Shown here piece after piece: positions 1-9,926 of a DNA stretch of 64,000 nucleotides. The stretch's first letter is position 1; each line of letters begins with the position of its first letter. A program made the position numbers and the translations under genes. Location of the stretch: positions 160,001 to 224,000 of the forward strand of contig CAVPVX010000007.1 of the NCBI GenBank assembly GCA_963709345.1, read 5' to 3'. The notes under the pieces are model-generated. The model saw nothing but the letters and a program-made list of their open reading frames with translations, was not told the DNA's origin and did not search any database. Source of the DNA: an uncultured Actinomycetes bacterium (lineage in GTDB: Bacteria; Actinomycetota; Thermoleophilia; UBA2241).

Positions 1-975
1 GAGCATCGCCGCCATCGCCGGAGCATCGTCCGGATGCGCCAAGGTGAGCATGAGCTCCGGGTCGGCGTAGCACTCCTCCGGCGTGTAGCCCGTGATGGCT
101 CTGACGGCGGGGTTGATGTAGGTGAGACGGGCTGTGGGCAGGAAGTCGTAGCGGAAGATGATGTCGGGAGCGTTGTCGGCCAGGCGCTCGTAGCGCGCCT
201 CGCTCTCCACGGCGCGCCGCTCGCTTCGGCGCTGCTCGGTGACGTCGCGGACGTACGACGATGAGGAACGGCTCGTCTCCTCGCTCGCAGAACTCGAGCG
301 TGCCTTGATGTCACGCGACTCTCCGACCGCCGACAGGCAGAGTGATCTCGAGATCGACGACCGGCTGCCGAACCGTGACACGCCACAGCTGGACCCAGCG
401 TTGCCTCGTCGATCGCCGGGCTCCAGTCCCAGATCGTCTGGCCGCGGTCTCTCGAGTTCGCCCGTCCACCAAGACGATGGGCGGCCTCGTTGCTTGTACA
501 GGAAGACGCCGTCCTCACTGACGTAGGCGATCGCCTGTGATGCATGATCGATCGCGAACTGCGTCCGCTTTGCCGTCTCGACGGCCTCCCGCTGCCGGTG
601 CCGCAGGTCGGCGCCGTCGACGGCGCGCTGCACGGCCGGCGCCAGCCGCGTGAGGTTGTCCTTGAGGACGTAGTCCACCGCTCCGGCCCTCATGGTCGTC
701 ACGGCGGTGTCCTCGTCGATCGCGCCGGACACGGTGATCGCCGGAACGTCGGGAGCCTCGGCACCGAGCAGACTGAGCGCCTCAGGGCCGCCAAAACCGG
801 GCAGGTTGTAGTCGACGAGCGCGACCTCCCAGCCCGTGTCGCGGAGAGCCGCATCGAGGGCCGCCCTGGTGTCGACGCGGTCCCACTCCAGCTCCATACC
901 GGCTTCACGCAGACGCCTCAGCATGAGGGCGACGTCATCGGGGCTGTCGTCGACGAACAGAATGCGCAACTTCAC
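1..975 (-). CDS. Response regulator receiver + PAS signalling protein (3' end outside window)
   Basis: Absent from the ORF track, presumably because it runs off the edge. Manual translation from GTG 975 gives MKLRILFVDDSPDDVALMLRRLREAG...ALVDYNLPG (REC). The same frame at the edge gives ESEARYERLADNAPDIIFRY...YINPAVRAITGYTPEE...HPDD (PAS). Paralogous N-terminus to 55955..58501. Confidence 0.85.
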   Translation of the reverse strand, partial: MKLRILFVDDSPDDVALMLRRLREAGMELEWDRVDTRAALDAALRDTGWEVALVDYNLPGFGGPEALSLLGAEAPDVPAITVSGAIDEDTAVTTMRAGAVDYVLKDNLTRLAPAVQRAVDGADLRHRQREAVETAKRTQFAIDHASQAIAYVSEDGVFLYKQRGRPSSWWTGELERPRPDDLGLEPGDRRGNAGSSCGVSRFGSRSSISRSLCLSAVGESRDIKARSSSASEETSRSSSSYVRDVTEQRRSERRAVESEARYERLADNAPDIIFRYDFLPTARLTYINPAVRAITGYTPEECYADPELMLTLAHPDDAPAMAAML

Positions 976-1067
976 TGAGTCTCTCCCCGGCTGATGAACG
1001 CGATCGTCCTTGGGGAGCATACCCCGATGCGCGCAGAGACGTCGATGTGCGGGCCGATGCCTGGCTC

Positions 1068-1670
1068 TCAGTCGATCAGCAGCAGGCCCGTCCAGGCCGG
1101 ATGATCCACAGCCGGCAACTCGATGCTGAGGCCGGCCGCCTCGGCCGTGGCGACGACGTCGATGCCCACGGCCTCCATGGAAGGACGCGCCTCGAACGGA
1201 TGCCGGCACGGCTCGCCGGAATCCTGGCCGACGCACTCGTCGCAGAGGACGCACTCGCCCCCGGAGAAGGCGGCGGCGTACCGGTAGCCGAGCTTGAACG
1301 CCTCGCGCTCAAGCGCGGTCATGAGACGCGCGAAGCGGTTCTGGCTCTCGCGCAGGCCCTTCAGCCCGTCGGCGTCCGAGTGCGAGTCGGCGAAGCCGCG
1401 GCCGCCGAACTGCTCGTCGACAGCCTCCTGCGTGAGCGGGATGTCGAGCTGGACGACGAGTGCATCCGAGTAGCGCCCGAGGACGGCGGTCGTCTCGGCC
1501 AGCGCCATGACGGCCGGCGGGCACATCAGGTTGTGCCCGTAGCTGGAGCAGAGCGGCACCCTGCACTTGAGGTTGACCCGCTCGTCGACCACGACGGCGA
1601 CCGCCGGCAGAGGCGCCGCGCGGTCGGCGCCGAGACCCTCCGCCCTGGCGATCATCTGCTGCAGGTGCAT
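1068..1670 (-). CDS. DUF2284-family Cys-rich metal-binding protein
   Basis: KCRVPLCSSYG..CPP, GECVLCDEC, CRHPFEARPSMEAVGIDV motifs; ATG 4 nt after the uvrB stop. Confidence 0.8.
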   Translation of the reverse strand: MHLQQMIARAEGLGADRAAPLPAVAVVVDERVNLKCRVPLCSSYGHNLMCPPAVMALAETTAVLGRYSDALVVQLDIPLTQEAVDEQFGGRGFADSHSDADGLKGLRESQNRFARLMTALEREAFKLGYRYAAAFSGGECVLCDECVGQDSGEPCRHPFEARPSMEAVGIDVVATAEAAGLSIELPAVDHPAWTGLLLID

Positions 1671-1674
1671 CGCG

Positions 1675-3687
1675 TCAGCCAACCTTGCTCTCCCTTCGGT
1701 CGAGCTCCTTGCTGAGCTCCTTGATCTCGTCGCGCAGCTTGGCTGCGTACTCGAACTTGAGCTGGTCGGCCGCCTCGAACATCTCGGCCTCGAGGCTCGT
1801 GAGGAGCTTCTCGAGGTCGGCGCGCGGCATCGCCATCTTCTTCGCCACTGCCTTGGCGGCGCGGCGGCCCTTGGTGGGTACCGCCGCCGCGTCGCTCAGC
1901 ATGGTCGAGATATCGCTGACGCCCTTCACGACGCTCACCGGCGTGATGCCATGGTGTTCATTGTAGGCGGTCTGCTTCGCCCGGCGGCGGTTCGTCTCGC
2001 CGATCGCGACCTCCATGGCCGCCGTCATGCGGTCGGCGTACATGATCACCCGGCCGTCGATGTTGCGGGCGGCGCGGCCGATCGTCTGGATGAGGGCCGT
2101 CTGGCCGCGAAGGAAGCCCTCCTTGTCGGCGTCGAGGATGGCGACCAGCGTGACCTCAGGCAGATCGAGTCCCTCCCGGAGCAGGTTGATGCCGACGAGG
2201 ACGTCGAACTCCCCCAGACGCAGGTCGCGGACGATCTGGATGCGCTCCAGCGTGTCGACCTCGCTGTGCAGGTAGCGGACCTTGAAGCCGTTCTCGAGCA
2301 GAAAGTCGGTGAGATCCTCGGACATCCTCTTGGTGAGCGTGGTCACGAGCACGCGCTGGTCCGTGTCGACGCGCCGGCGGATCTCGTTCATGAGGTCGTC
2401 GATCTGCCCCTCGGTGGGCCGCACCTCGACCTCCGGGTCGATGAGGCCCGTCGGCCGGATGATCTGCTCGGCGATGTTCACGCTGTTGGCGAGCTCGAAC
2501 GCCGCGGGGGTGGCGCTGACAAACACGATCTGCGGCACCTTCTCGAGGAATTCCTCGATGCGCAGCGGCCGGTTGTCGAGAGCGCTGGGGAGACGGAACC
2601 CGTAGTCGACCAGCATATCCTTGCGCGACTTGTCGCCCGCCGACATGGCGCGGATCTGCGGCAGCGACATGTGCGACTCGTCGATGAAGCAGAGGAAGTC
2701 GTCGGGGAAGTAGTCCAGCAGGCAGTTCGGGGTGGCCCCCGGCTCTTTGCCGAGCAGGATGCGGGAGTAGTTCTCGATGCCGCTGCAATAGCCCATCTCG
2801 CGCAGCATCTCCATGTCGTAGAGGGTGCGCTGCCGCAGCCGATGCGCCTCAAGCACCTTGCCGTGGGCTTCGAACCAGGCGGTGCGTTCGTCGAGCTCGG
2901 CCTTGATCTCGACGAGAGCACGCTCGACCGCAGGGCTGTTGGTGACGAAGTGGGTGGCCGGGTAGATCGCCGCGTGGGTCGGCTTGTCGAGGACCTCGCC
3001 GCCAACTGGGTCGAAGCTCGCGATCTGCTCGACCTCGTCGCCCCAGAGTTGTACGCGGATGGCGGTGTCCTGGCTGGCCGGCCAGATCTCGACCGAGTCA
3101 CCGCGCACACGGAACTTGCCGCGCGCGGGCTCGAAGTCGTTGCGCGCGTACTGGATGTCGACCAGCTTCCGCAGCATCTCGTCGCGGTCGACAGTGTCGC
3201 CGACGCTGAGCAGGACCATCTTCTCGAGGTAGTCCTCAGGAGAGCCCAGACCGTAGATGCAGCTCACGCTGGCGACGATGACCACATCGCGACGCAGGAA
3301 CAGAGAGTTGGTCGCCGCGTGGCGCAGGCGGTCGATCTCGTCGTTGATCGACGAGTCCTTCTCGATGTAGAGATCCTGCGCCGGGACGTAGGCCTCCGGC
3401 TGGTAGTAGTCGTAGTAGCTGACGAAGTACTCGACGGCGTTATCCGGAAGGAACTCGCGGAACTCATTGCAGAGTTGCGCCGCGAGCGTCTTGTTGTGGG
3501 CGATGACCAGGGTGGGCTTCTGGACCTGCCGGATGACGTTGGCCATGGTGAACGTCTTGCCGGAACCGGTGACGCCGAGCAGCGTCTGAAACCGGTCGCC
3601 ACGGCGGATCCCGTCGCTGAGTGAGCCGACGGCCTCCGGCTGGTCGCCGGTGAGGTCGTACGCAGACTGGATGCGGAACTCGGTCAT
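1675..3687 (-). CDS. uvrB: Excinuclease ABC subunit B
   Basis: GVTGSGKT Walker [14 protein letters not shown] beta-hairpin, [23 protein letters not shown]-terminal UVR domain. Confidence 0.98.
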   Translation of the reverse strand: MTEFRIQSAYDLTGDQPEAVGSLSDGIRRGDRFQTLLGVTGSGKTFTMANVIRQVQKPTLVIAHNKTLAAQLCNEFREFLPDNAVEYFVSYYDYYQPEAYVPAQDLYIEKDSSINDEIDRLRHAATNSLFLRRDVVIVASVSCIYGLGSPEDYLEKMVLLSVGDTVDRDEMLRKLVDIQYARNDFEPARGKFRVRGDSVEIWPASQDTAIRVQLWGDEVEQIASFDPVGGEVLDKPTHAAIYPATHFVTNSPAVERALVEIKAELDERTAWFEAHGKVLEAHRLRQRTLYDMEMLREMGYCSGIENYSRILLGKEPGATPNCLLDYFPDDFLCFIDESHMSLPQIRAMSAGDKSRKDMLVDYGFRLPSALDNRPLRIEEFLEKVPQIVFVSATPAAFELANSVNIAEQIIRPTGLIDPEVEVRPTEGQIDDLMNEIRRRVDTDQRVLVTTLTKRMSEDLTDFLLENGFKVRYLHSEVDTLERIQIVRDLRLGEFDVLVGINLLREGLDLPEVTLVAILDADKEGFLRGQTALIQTIGRAARNIDGRVIMYADRMTAAMEVAIGETNRRRAKQTAYNEHHGITPVSVVKGVSDISTMLSDAAAVPTKGRRAAKAVAKKMAMPRADLEKLLTSLEAEMFEAADQLKFEYAAKLRDEIKELSKELDRRESKVG

Positions 3688-3708
3688 GTGAGCTCGACTC
3701 TACCAACG

Positions 3709-3722
3709 CGAACATGCGTTCG
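3709..3722. promoter_or_regulatory. LexA (SOS/Cheo) box upstream of uvrB
   Basis: CGAACATGCGTTCG matches Gram-positive consensus CGAAC-RNRY-GTTCG exactly; adjacent to a minus-strand extended -10 TGGTAGAGT. Confidence 0.9.
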
Positions 3723-3748
3723 CAAGAGTGGCGGACGGCGGCGCGACG

Positions 3749-4363
3749 TCACCCCGCCGACGACGCCCGGCGAAGATCGACTCCGTAGGTCTGCCGATAG
3801 ATCCGGCGCAGTTCGAGCACCTTTCGCACGTAGGCGCGGGTCTCCGCATACGGTATCTCGGCGATCCGGAGGCCGCGGCCCTCGGCCGCTGCGGCAGCAG
3901 TCCACTCACCCACCACGCCGATACCCGCGTTGTACGAGGCGACGGCGGCACGAAGGTCGCCGTCGAACACGTCGAGGGCGCGGCGGAGGTAGTAGGAGCC
4001 GTACCGGATGTTGACCGCCGGGTCTTCGAGGTCCGCGGGACTGAAGCTCACCCCGCCGGTCTCCGCGGCGATCTGTTCACCCGTCGCGGGCAGCACCTGC
4101 ATCAGGCCGACGGCGCCCTGCGACGAGCGGGCGCGCTCGTCGAAACGGCTCTCCACGTAGATGACCGCCGCCACGAGAGCCGGGTCGATGTCGTTGCGGC
4201 GCGCCGCGGCGCGGATCACTCCCGCATGCTCAAGCGGGTAGACGGCGCGCGCATACCAGGATGGTGCGGACGTGGGATGCAGGAGTGGACCCACGCTCCG
4301 AACGACGAGCCAGCCACCCGCGACCACAGCCACTACGAGCGCGGCAAGGACGAGGCGCTTCAC
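3749..4363 (-). CDS. Lytic transglycosylase (SLT domain), N-terminal membrane anchor
   Basis: AAVIYVESRF, GAVGLMQV, ASYNAG, ETRAYV motifs. Confidence 0.93.
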   Translation of the reverse strand: MKRLVLAALVVAVVAGGWLVVRSVGPLLHPTSAPSWYARAVYPLEHAGVIRAAARRNDIDPALVAAVIYVESRFDERARSSQGAVGLMQVLPATGEQIAAETGGVSFSPADLEDPAVNIRYGSYYLRRALDVFDGDLRAAVASYNAGIGVVGEWTAAAAAEGRGLRIAEIPYAETRAYVRKVLELRRIYRQTYGVDLRRASSAG

Positions 4364-5013
4364 GACGACGACTCGCCGCCGCCCCCCGCGGCCGGGTCGG
4401 GCGCGGCGAGGATGGCCGCGACGGCCTGCCCGACGAACTCCTTGAGCTCTTTTCTCCCGCCGACATTGCCGAACACGAAGTCGCTGCGCGCCGCCTTCTC
4501 CTCCTCCGGCAACTGCTGGGCCAGGCGCCGGCCGAACTGGCTGTCGGTGAGCTTCGCGGTCAGGCGCCGGCGACGCACGTCCTCCGGCGCCGTGATCAGC
4601 ATCGTGTAGTCGAACGCGTCGGCATAGCCTGTCTCAAAGAGCAGCGGCACCTCGACGGCCACGAGCGCCGGGCGCGGCCGCGCTGTGCGTTGCACTTCGG
4701 CCCACGCCGCCACCGCCGCACAGACGTGCGGGTGCAGAAGGTCCTCGAGCCAGCGCAGCTCGTCGTCGTCGGCGAAGACGATAGCCGCCAGCGCCGGCCG
4801 GTTGACGGCCCCTGTCGCGTCGACGACGGTGTCGCCGAAGTGCTCGCGAATGCGCTCCACGACCTCACCGCCGGAGTAGAGGTCGTGCACGATGGCGTCG
4901 CTGGAGATCACGGCAGCGCCCAGCTCCTGCAGGTACGCGAGAGCGGTGGACTTGCCGGAGCCTATCCCTCCGGTCAGGGCCAGACTGGGCAGGTGACGTC
5001 GTGCGCTGGTCAT
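4360..5013 (-). CDS. coaE: Dephospho-CoA kinase
   Basis: LTGGIGSGKST, D..VH, LLHP, VPLLFE; usual rpsA-coaE-uvrB synteny. Confidence 0.95.
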   Translation of the reverse strand: MTSARRHLPSLALTGGIGSGKSTALAYLQELGAAVISSDAIVHDLYSGGEVVERIREHFGDTVVDATGAVNRPALAAIVFADDDELRWLEDLLHPHVCAAVAAWAEVQRTARPRPALVAVEVPLLFETGYADAFDYTMLITAPEDVRRRRLTAKLTDSQFGRRLAQQLPEEEKAARSDFVFGNVGGRKELKEFVGQAVAAILAAPDPAAGGGGESSS

Positions 5014-5076
5014 CGGTACGGCCGGGGAGACAGGGCGGGGGCGGCGGCATTCGCCGCCGCCCCCGCCGCACTTCCG

Positions 5077-6540
5077 TCAGGCCTCCGGGGTCTCCTCGAT
5101 GGCCACGGCGACCTCTGCGGCCTCGTCGGTCTCGTCGGTCTCGTCGGTCTCGTCGGCCTCGTCGGCGGCGCCTCCCGCCGGGAAGACGTCGTCACTCAGA
5201 CCCAGCTCGGGCTCCGGTGCCGGCTCCTCGGCCACTTCCGCGGCCTCGGGCTCGGCGTCGGCCTCGGCTGCGACCTCGGCGGCCTCATCCGCAGCCTCGG
5301 GCGCCTCGGTGGCCTCGGTCTCCGCCTGGGTCTCCCCGGCGTCCCCGGCCTCTTCGGATGCATCCGGCTCGGGAGGAGCCATGGGCTGCGTCGGACGGAC
5401 GTTGTCGCCGTCGACGCGCTTGATGCTCAGGCTGAGCCGGCGACGCTCGGAGTCGACCTCGATGATCTTGACCTGCACCGTCTGGTTGACCGAGACGACC
5501 TCGTCCGGACGCTCGACGTGGCGGTTGGCCAATTCGCTGATGTGCACTAGGCCCTCGATGCCGGCGTAGATCTCGACGAAGGCGCCGAAGGCGACGATCT
5601 TGGTGACCCGCCCCTCGACGACGTCCCCGACCTTGTGCTGGGCGACGATCCTCTGCCAGGGGTCTTCCTGGGTCTGCTTGAGACCGAGGCTGATGCGCTG
5701 CCGGTCGCGGTCGATGTCGAGGACCTTGACCTTGACCTTCTGGTTGACCTGGAGCACCTCGGACGGATGGTTGATGTGCGTCCAGCTGAGCTCGCTGATG
5801 TGGATGAGGCCGTCGATCCCGTCGAGGTCGACGAACGCGCCGAAGTCGACGATGTTGCTGATCGTACCCTCGACGATGTCGCCGACGTTGAGCGTGTCGA
5901 TGATCTGCTGCCGGATCTCCTTGCGCTCCTCTTCGAGGACGGCGCGGCGGCTGAGGACGACGTTGTTGCGATTGCGGTTCATCTCGATGACGCGGCAGTT
6001 GAGCTCCTGACCCACGTACTCCTGGAGGTCCTGCACGCGGCGGATGTCGACCAGAGAGGCAGGCAGGAAGCCGCGCACGCCGAGGTCGAGGATGAGCCCG
6101 CCCTTGACGACCTCGATCACCGTGCCCGTGACCGGCTCGCCGCTCTCGAAGGCGCCTTCGATGCGCTTCCATGCCTTCTCGAAGCGGGCGCGCTTCTTGC
6201 TCAGGATGAGACGCCCGTCGGCGTCTTCCTTGGTCATGACAAGTGCGTCGATCTCCTCGCCCAGCTGAACCTCTTCAGAGGTGTTGACATTCTTGCGGAT
6301 GCTGAGTTCGTTGACCGGGATGACGCCCTCGGATTTGTAGCCGATGTCGACCAGGACCTCGTCCTTGTCGACGCGCACGACATTGCCGGTGACGATATCG
6401 CCCTCGCTGAAGTCGGTCAGCGTCAGGTCGTAGTTGGGGACGATCTCGCCGTCGACCTCGATGAGGTAGCCTTCGCTACCCTCCACGATCCTCGGGTCGT
6501 TGGCCGCTGCAAGCTGTGCGTCGATTGGTTTGTCAGCCAT
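5077..6540 (-). CDS. rpsA: 30S ribosomal protein S1 with acidic C-terminal tail
   Basis: Four S1 repeats (VDIGYKSEGVIP, RGFLPASLV, FGAFVDL..DGLIHISELSW, FGAFVEI..EGLVHISELA); GGAGG upstream. Confidence 0.97.
   Translation of the reverse strand: MADKPIDAQLAAANDPRIVEGSEGYLIEVDGEIVPNYDLTLTDFSEGDIVTGNVVRVDKDEVLVDIGYKSEGVIPVNELSIRKNVNTSEEVQLGEEIDALVMTKEDADGRLILSKKRARFEKAWKRIEGAFESGEPVTGTVIEVVKGGLILDLGVRGFLPASLVDIRRVQDLQEYVGQELNCRVIEMNRNRNNVVLSRRAVLEEERKEIRQQIIDTLNVGDIVEGTISNIVDFGAFVDLDGIDGLIHISELSWTHINHPSEVLQVNQKVKVKVLDIDRDRQRISLGLKQTQEDPWQRIVAQHKVGDVVEGRVTKIVAFGAFVEIYAGIEGLVHISELANRHVERPDEVVSVNQTVQVKIIEVDSERRRLSLSIKRVDGDNVRPTQPMAPPEPDASEEAGDAGETQAETEATEAPEAADEAAEVAAEADAEPEAAEVAEEPAPEPELGLSDDVFPAGGAADEADETDETDETDEAAEVAVAIEETPEA
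5122..5165. repeat. 9-bp tandem repeat (CTCGTCGGT) encoding Asp-Glu-Thr repeats in the S1 tail
   Basis: ctcgtcggt x3 followed by imperfect copies. Confidence 0.7.
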
Positions 6541-6588
6541 GTGGTCTCGTTGCCTCCCGGTCACGTTTGCGGTCCGTCGTTGACAGAG

Positions 6589-6637
6589 GGTTTCGGCCCG
6601 CGAACCGCAGCGGGCCGAAACCAGCGGAGTATAGCAC
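6589..6637 (-). promoter_or_regulatory. rpsA promoter (extended -10 TGCTATACT) and 13-bp leader hairpin
   Basis: GGTTTCGGCCCGC (6589-6601) / GCGGGCCGAAACC (6610-6622) perfect inverted repeat just downstream of the -10. Confidence 0.65.
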
Positions 6638-6689
6638 GGAACATCGAGTCCACACGAGACGCCGTCGCCCCGGTCGGCGAGCGCCCGCG

Positions 6690-9305
6690 CTACCGCTTCG
6701 CGGAGAGCCAGTCAGTGCCGATGCCCGTCTCGACCTCGAGCGGCGGATCGAGGTCGTAGGCGCCGCACATGGCGTCGCGAAGCAGCGGTACGCACTCGTC
6801 GACCTCTGCCTCGGAGCACTCGAGGACGAGCTCGTCGTGAACCTGCAGCACGAGGCGTGACGCCAGCCCGCGGCGCTCCAGCTCGCGGCTCACGGCGACC
6901 ATCGCGACCTTGATGATGTCGGCGGCCGTCCCCTGAAGGATCGTGTTCACGGCAAGCCTCTCGCCGAGCGAGCGCACACGGTAGTTCGAGGCGCGCAGCT
7001 CGGGAACCGCGCGACGGCGCCCGAAAAGGGTGGTCACGTGGCCGTCCCGCGCGGCCTGGGCGATGACCTCGTCCCGAAACTCCCGGACGCGCGGATACTT
7101 GGCGAAGTAGGCGGCGATGAACTCCCGCGCCTCCTCGACCGACATGCCCACCTGCTCCGAGAGCCCGAAGGCGGACAGCCCATACATGATGCCGAAGTTC
7201 GTTGCCTTGGCGCGCTCCCGCTGCTGCTTCGTGACCTCCTCCACCGGGATACCGGCGACGGCCGCGGCCGTGACGCGGTGGACGTCGTCTCCCCTGTGAT
7301 AGGCGTCGAGCAGCGCCGGCTCCTGCGAGAGCGACGCCATCAGACGAAGCTCGATCTGTGAGTAGTCCGCGACGACGAGCTCGTGCCCGTCCTCGGCGAC
7401 GAAGCAGCCGCGGATCTCCGCGCCGAGATCGGTACGCACGGGGATGTTCTGCAGATTCGGGTTGGTGCTCGAGAGCCGGCCGGTCGCGGCGACCAGCTGG
7501 TTGAAGGTGCTGTGCACCCGCCCCGTGCGCGCGTCGATGTGCTCGGGCAGCGGCTCAAGATACGTGTTCAGGAGCTTCGTGAGCTCGCGCCACTCCTCGA
7601 CGGCGGGCACGATGGGGTGCTGCTCGCGCAGCCCCTTCAGCACGCCGGCGTCCGTGGAGTAGCCGGTCTTGCCCCTCTTCGTCGGCTCCAGCCCGAGACG
7701 CTTGAAGAGTACGTCGGCGAGTTGCTGCGGCGAGGCGAGCGTGAACTCGGTGCCGGCGAGCCTCACGATCTCGTCGTGGAGCTCGTCGACACGGTCGCGC
7801 ACGCGAGCCGTGATCTCGCCGAGGCGGTACGGATCCATCTTGACGCCGGCCGCCTCCATCTGCGCGAGAACGCGGACCAGCGGCAGCTCGACCTCGCGGA
7901 AGAGTCGCTCGAGCCCCAGCTCCACGAGCCGCGGGCGCTGGGTCTCCGCGACGCGCCAGGTGAGCGCCGCCCGCGTTGCGGCGGCGGCCTCGGCGGCCGG
8001 GCCCTCCACCAGCACGGCGCTGTCGTCCGCGCCGGCGAGGGCGAAGAGGCCGCGCTCCTTCTCAGGGCGTTCCGGCGCCAGGAGGTACGCGGCCACGGCG
8101 GTGTCGAAGGCGGGTCCGCAGGGCGCCGCGGCAAAGCCCGGCTGCGCCTTGGCGTCGTGGGCTACCACGTGCCTGGAGAGCCGCCAGAGCGCGGCGACGC
8201 GATCGTCGGGGGCCGGGGCGGCGAGAGCGGCTTCGCCGCCCGCGTAGCCACACGCGACCCAACCGCCGCCGGGCCGCGGCTCGAGCGCCAGCGCGGCCTC
8301 GCCCTTCTCGAGAAGGGCCGCGAGCGGCCCCACGTCGGGCTCGGCCGCCAGCCGCACCGCCGCGCCGGGCGCGACGCCGCCGGCGCGCCCCGCCGGCTGC
8401 GCCGCCGCACCCGCGATCTCGCGTAGCCGGCGGCGCAGGTTGCGGAACTCGAACCGTTCGAAGACCGCGTCGACCCGCTCGACCGGCAACTCGTAGCCGC
8501 CGCGAGCGACGAGGGCGACGAGGTCTTCGTCGAGCGGCACGTCCAGCACCATCGTGGCGAGGCGCAGGGACAGCCGCGCCTCGGCCTCGTGATCGCGCAG
8601 CAACGCGCGACGCTTCTCCGACTTGACCTCGTCAAGCCGTTCGTACAGGGCCTCGACCGAGCCGAACTGCTGGAGAAGCTGGGCCGCGGTCTTCTCGCCG
8701 ACTCCGGGCACGCCCGGGATGTTGTCGGAGCTGTCGCCCTTGAGGCCGATGTAGTCCGGGATCTGCGCCGGAGTCACGCCGAACCGCTCGACTACCGCGG
8801 CCGGCGTGTAGATCTTGACGTCGGTGATGCCGCGCCCTGTACTCATGACCCAGATGTCGTCGTCGACCAGCTGCATCGCGTCCCGGTCGCTGGTCACCAC
8901 GATCGAGCCGACACCCTGGCGCTTGGCCTCCTCGGCAAGCGTGCCGAGGATGTCGTCGGCCTCGTAACCCGGATTCACGAGGTTCACGATTCCGAATCCG
9001 CTGACCAGCTCCGGCAGCAGGTCCCACTGCCGCGCCAGCGCCTCGGGCATGTGCGGGCGCTGGGCCTTGTACTCGGCGTAGAGCTCGTCACGAAACGTCT
9101 TCTCGCGGGCATCCCACGCCACCGCGATGTTGGCCGGCCGGTACTCCCCGACGATCTTCAGCAACATCTGGCTCAGGCCGAACAGGGCGTTGGTAGGCTC
9201 CCCGGCCTGGGTGGTGATCGTCTCGGGCAAGGCGAAGAAGGCGCGAAAGGCGAGACTGCTCCCGTCGAGCAGGAAGAGCCGGTTCTCGAGATGCGGTGCG
9301 GCCAT
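6690..9305 (-). CDS. polA: DNA polymerase I
   Basis: LLDGSSLAFRAFFA 5'-3' exonuclease, GDSSDNIPGVPGVGEKTA, TGRLSSTNPNLQNIP, DYSQIELR, LQVHDELV. Confidence 0.98.
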   Translation of the reverse strand: MAAPHLENRLFLLDGSSLAFRAFFALPETITTQAGEPTNALFGLSQMLLKIVGEYRPANIAVAWDAREKTFRDELYAEYKAQRPHMPEALARQWDLLPELVSGFGIVNLVNPGYEADDILGTLAEEAKRQGVGSIVVTSDRDAMQLVDDDIWVMSTGRGITDVKIYTPAAVVERFGVTPAQIPDYIGLKGDSSDNIPGVPGVGEKTAAQLLQQFGSVEALYERLDEVKSEKRRALLRDHEAEARLSLRLATMVLDVPLDEDLVALVARGGYELPVERVDAVFERFEFRNLRRRLREIAGAAAQPAGRAGGVAPGAAVRLAAEPDVGPLAALLEKGEAALALEPRPGGGWVACGYAGGEAALAAPAPDDRVAALWRLSRHVVAHDAKAQPGFAAAPCGPAFDTAVAAYLLAPERPEKERGLFALAGADDSAVLVEGPAAEAAAATRAALTWRVAETQRPRLVELGLERLFREVELPLVRVLAQMEAAGVKMDPYRLGEITARVRDRVDELHDEIVRLAGTEFTLASPQQLADVLFKRLGLEPTKRGKTGYSTDAGVLKGLREQHPIVPAVEEWRELTKLLNTYLEPLPEHIDARTGRVHSTFNQLVAATGRLSSTNPNLQNIPVRTDLGAEIRGCFVAEDGHELVVADYSQIELRLMASLSQEPALLDAYHRGDDVHRVTAAAVAGIPVEEVTKQQRERAKATNFGIMYGLSAFGLSEQVGMSVEEAREFIAAYFAKYPRVREFRDEVIAQAARDGHVTTLFGRRRAVPELRASNYRVRSLGERLAVNTILQGTAADIIKVAMVAVSRELERRGLASRLVLQVHDELVLECSEAEVDECVPLLRDAMCGAYDLDPPLEVETGIGTDWLSAKR

Positions 9306-9478
9306 GGGCTCGATTCTACGTCACGCCGCGCAGCGAAGGTGGCGCCGTGCAGGCGGGCGCGGTGACGGCGCGCTCAGAAGGGTCCGGCAGCAGACCCCCG
9401 AAGCGCGCAGTCGCCGCGCCTTCCCGGCAGCGCGGCGCGCCGGCTCCTCGAGCCGGCGCCACTCAGGGACGGAGCGGC

Positions 9479-9926
9479 CTAGTCACCCTGCGGCGGAGGC
9501 TCGTTGAGCACCAGCCAGTACAGCCCAAGCTGGTTCACCGCCTCCATGAACTGGGTGAAGTCGACGGGCTTGCGGATGTAGCTGTTCGCGCCGAGGTCGT
9601 AGCTCCGCGCCAAGTCGCTCTCAACGTTCGACGACGTCAGGACGACCACCGGGAGCCGCTTGGTGCGCGGGTCGGAGCGCAGGCTCTCCAGCACCTCGAG
9701 CCCGCCGACTTTGGGCAGCTTCAAGTCGAGCAGGACGAGCTGTGGACAGGTCGGTGACGTCTCGACCGGAGAACGCTCCGGTCCCACGCAGATAATCGAG
9801 CGCCTCGGCGCCGTCTCGCACGACGTCCACCCGGTTCGCGACGCGATGCCTGCGCAGCGCCCGAAGCGTGAGCTCGACGTCGTCGTCGTTGTCCTCTACG
9901 AGCAGGATCAACATCTGCTCCTTCAT
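9479..9926 (-). pseudogene. Single-domain response regulator (Rcp1-like), split by a one-base insertion near 9746 (error or true lesion)
   Basis: N-half ILLVEDNDDD..RDGAEALDYL (ORF 9621..9926) and C-half PQLVLLDLKLPKVGG..GANSYIRKP..YWL (ORF 9479..9787) join if one base of GACCTGTCCACAG is removed. Confidence 0.8.

Noticed and set aside
1567-3624. Long antisense ORFs (685 aa here; also 34320..36980, 18167..19948 and the 5' part of 57767..60760)
   Set aside because: Shadow frames of real genes in high-GC DNA, with no recognisable motifs
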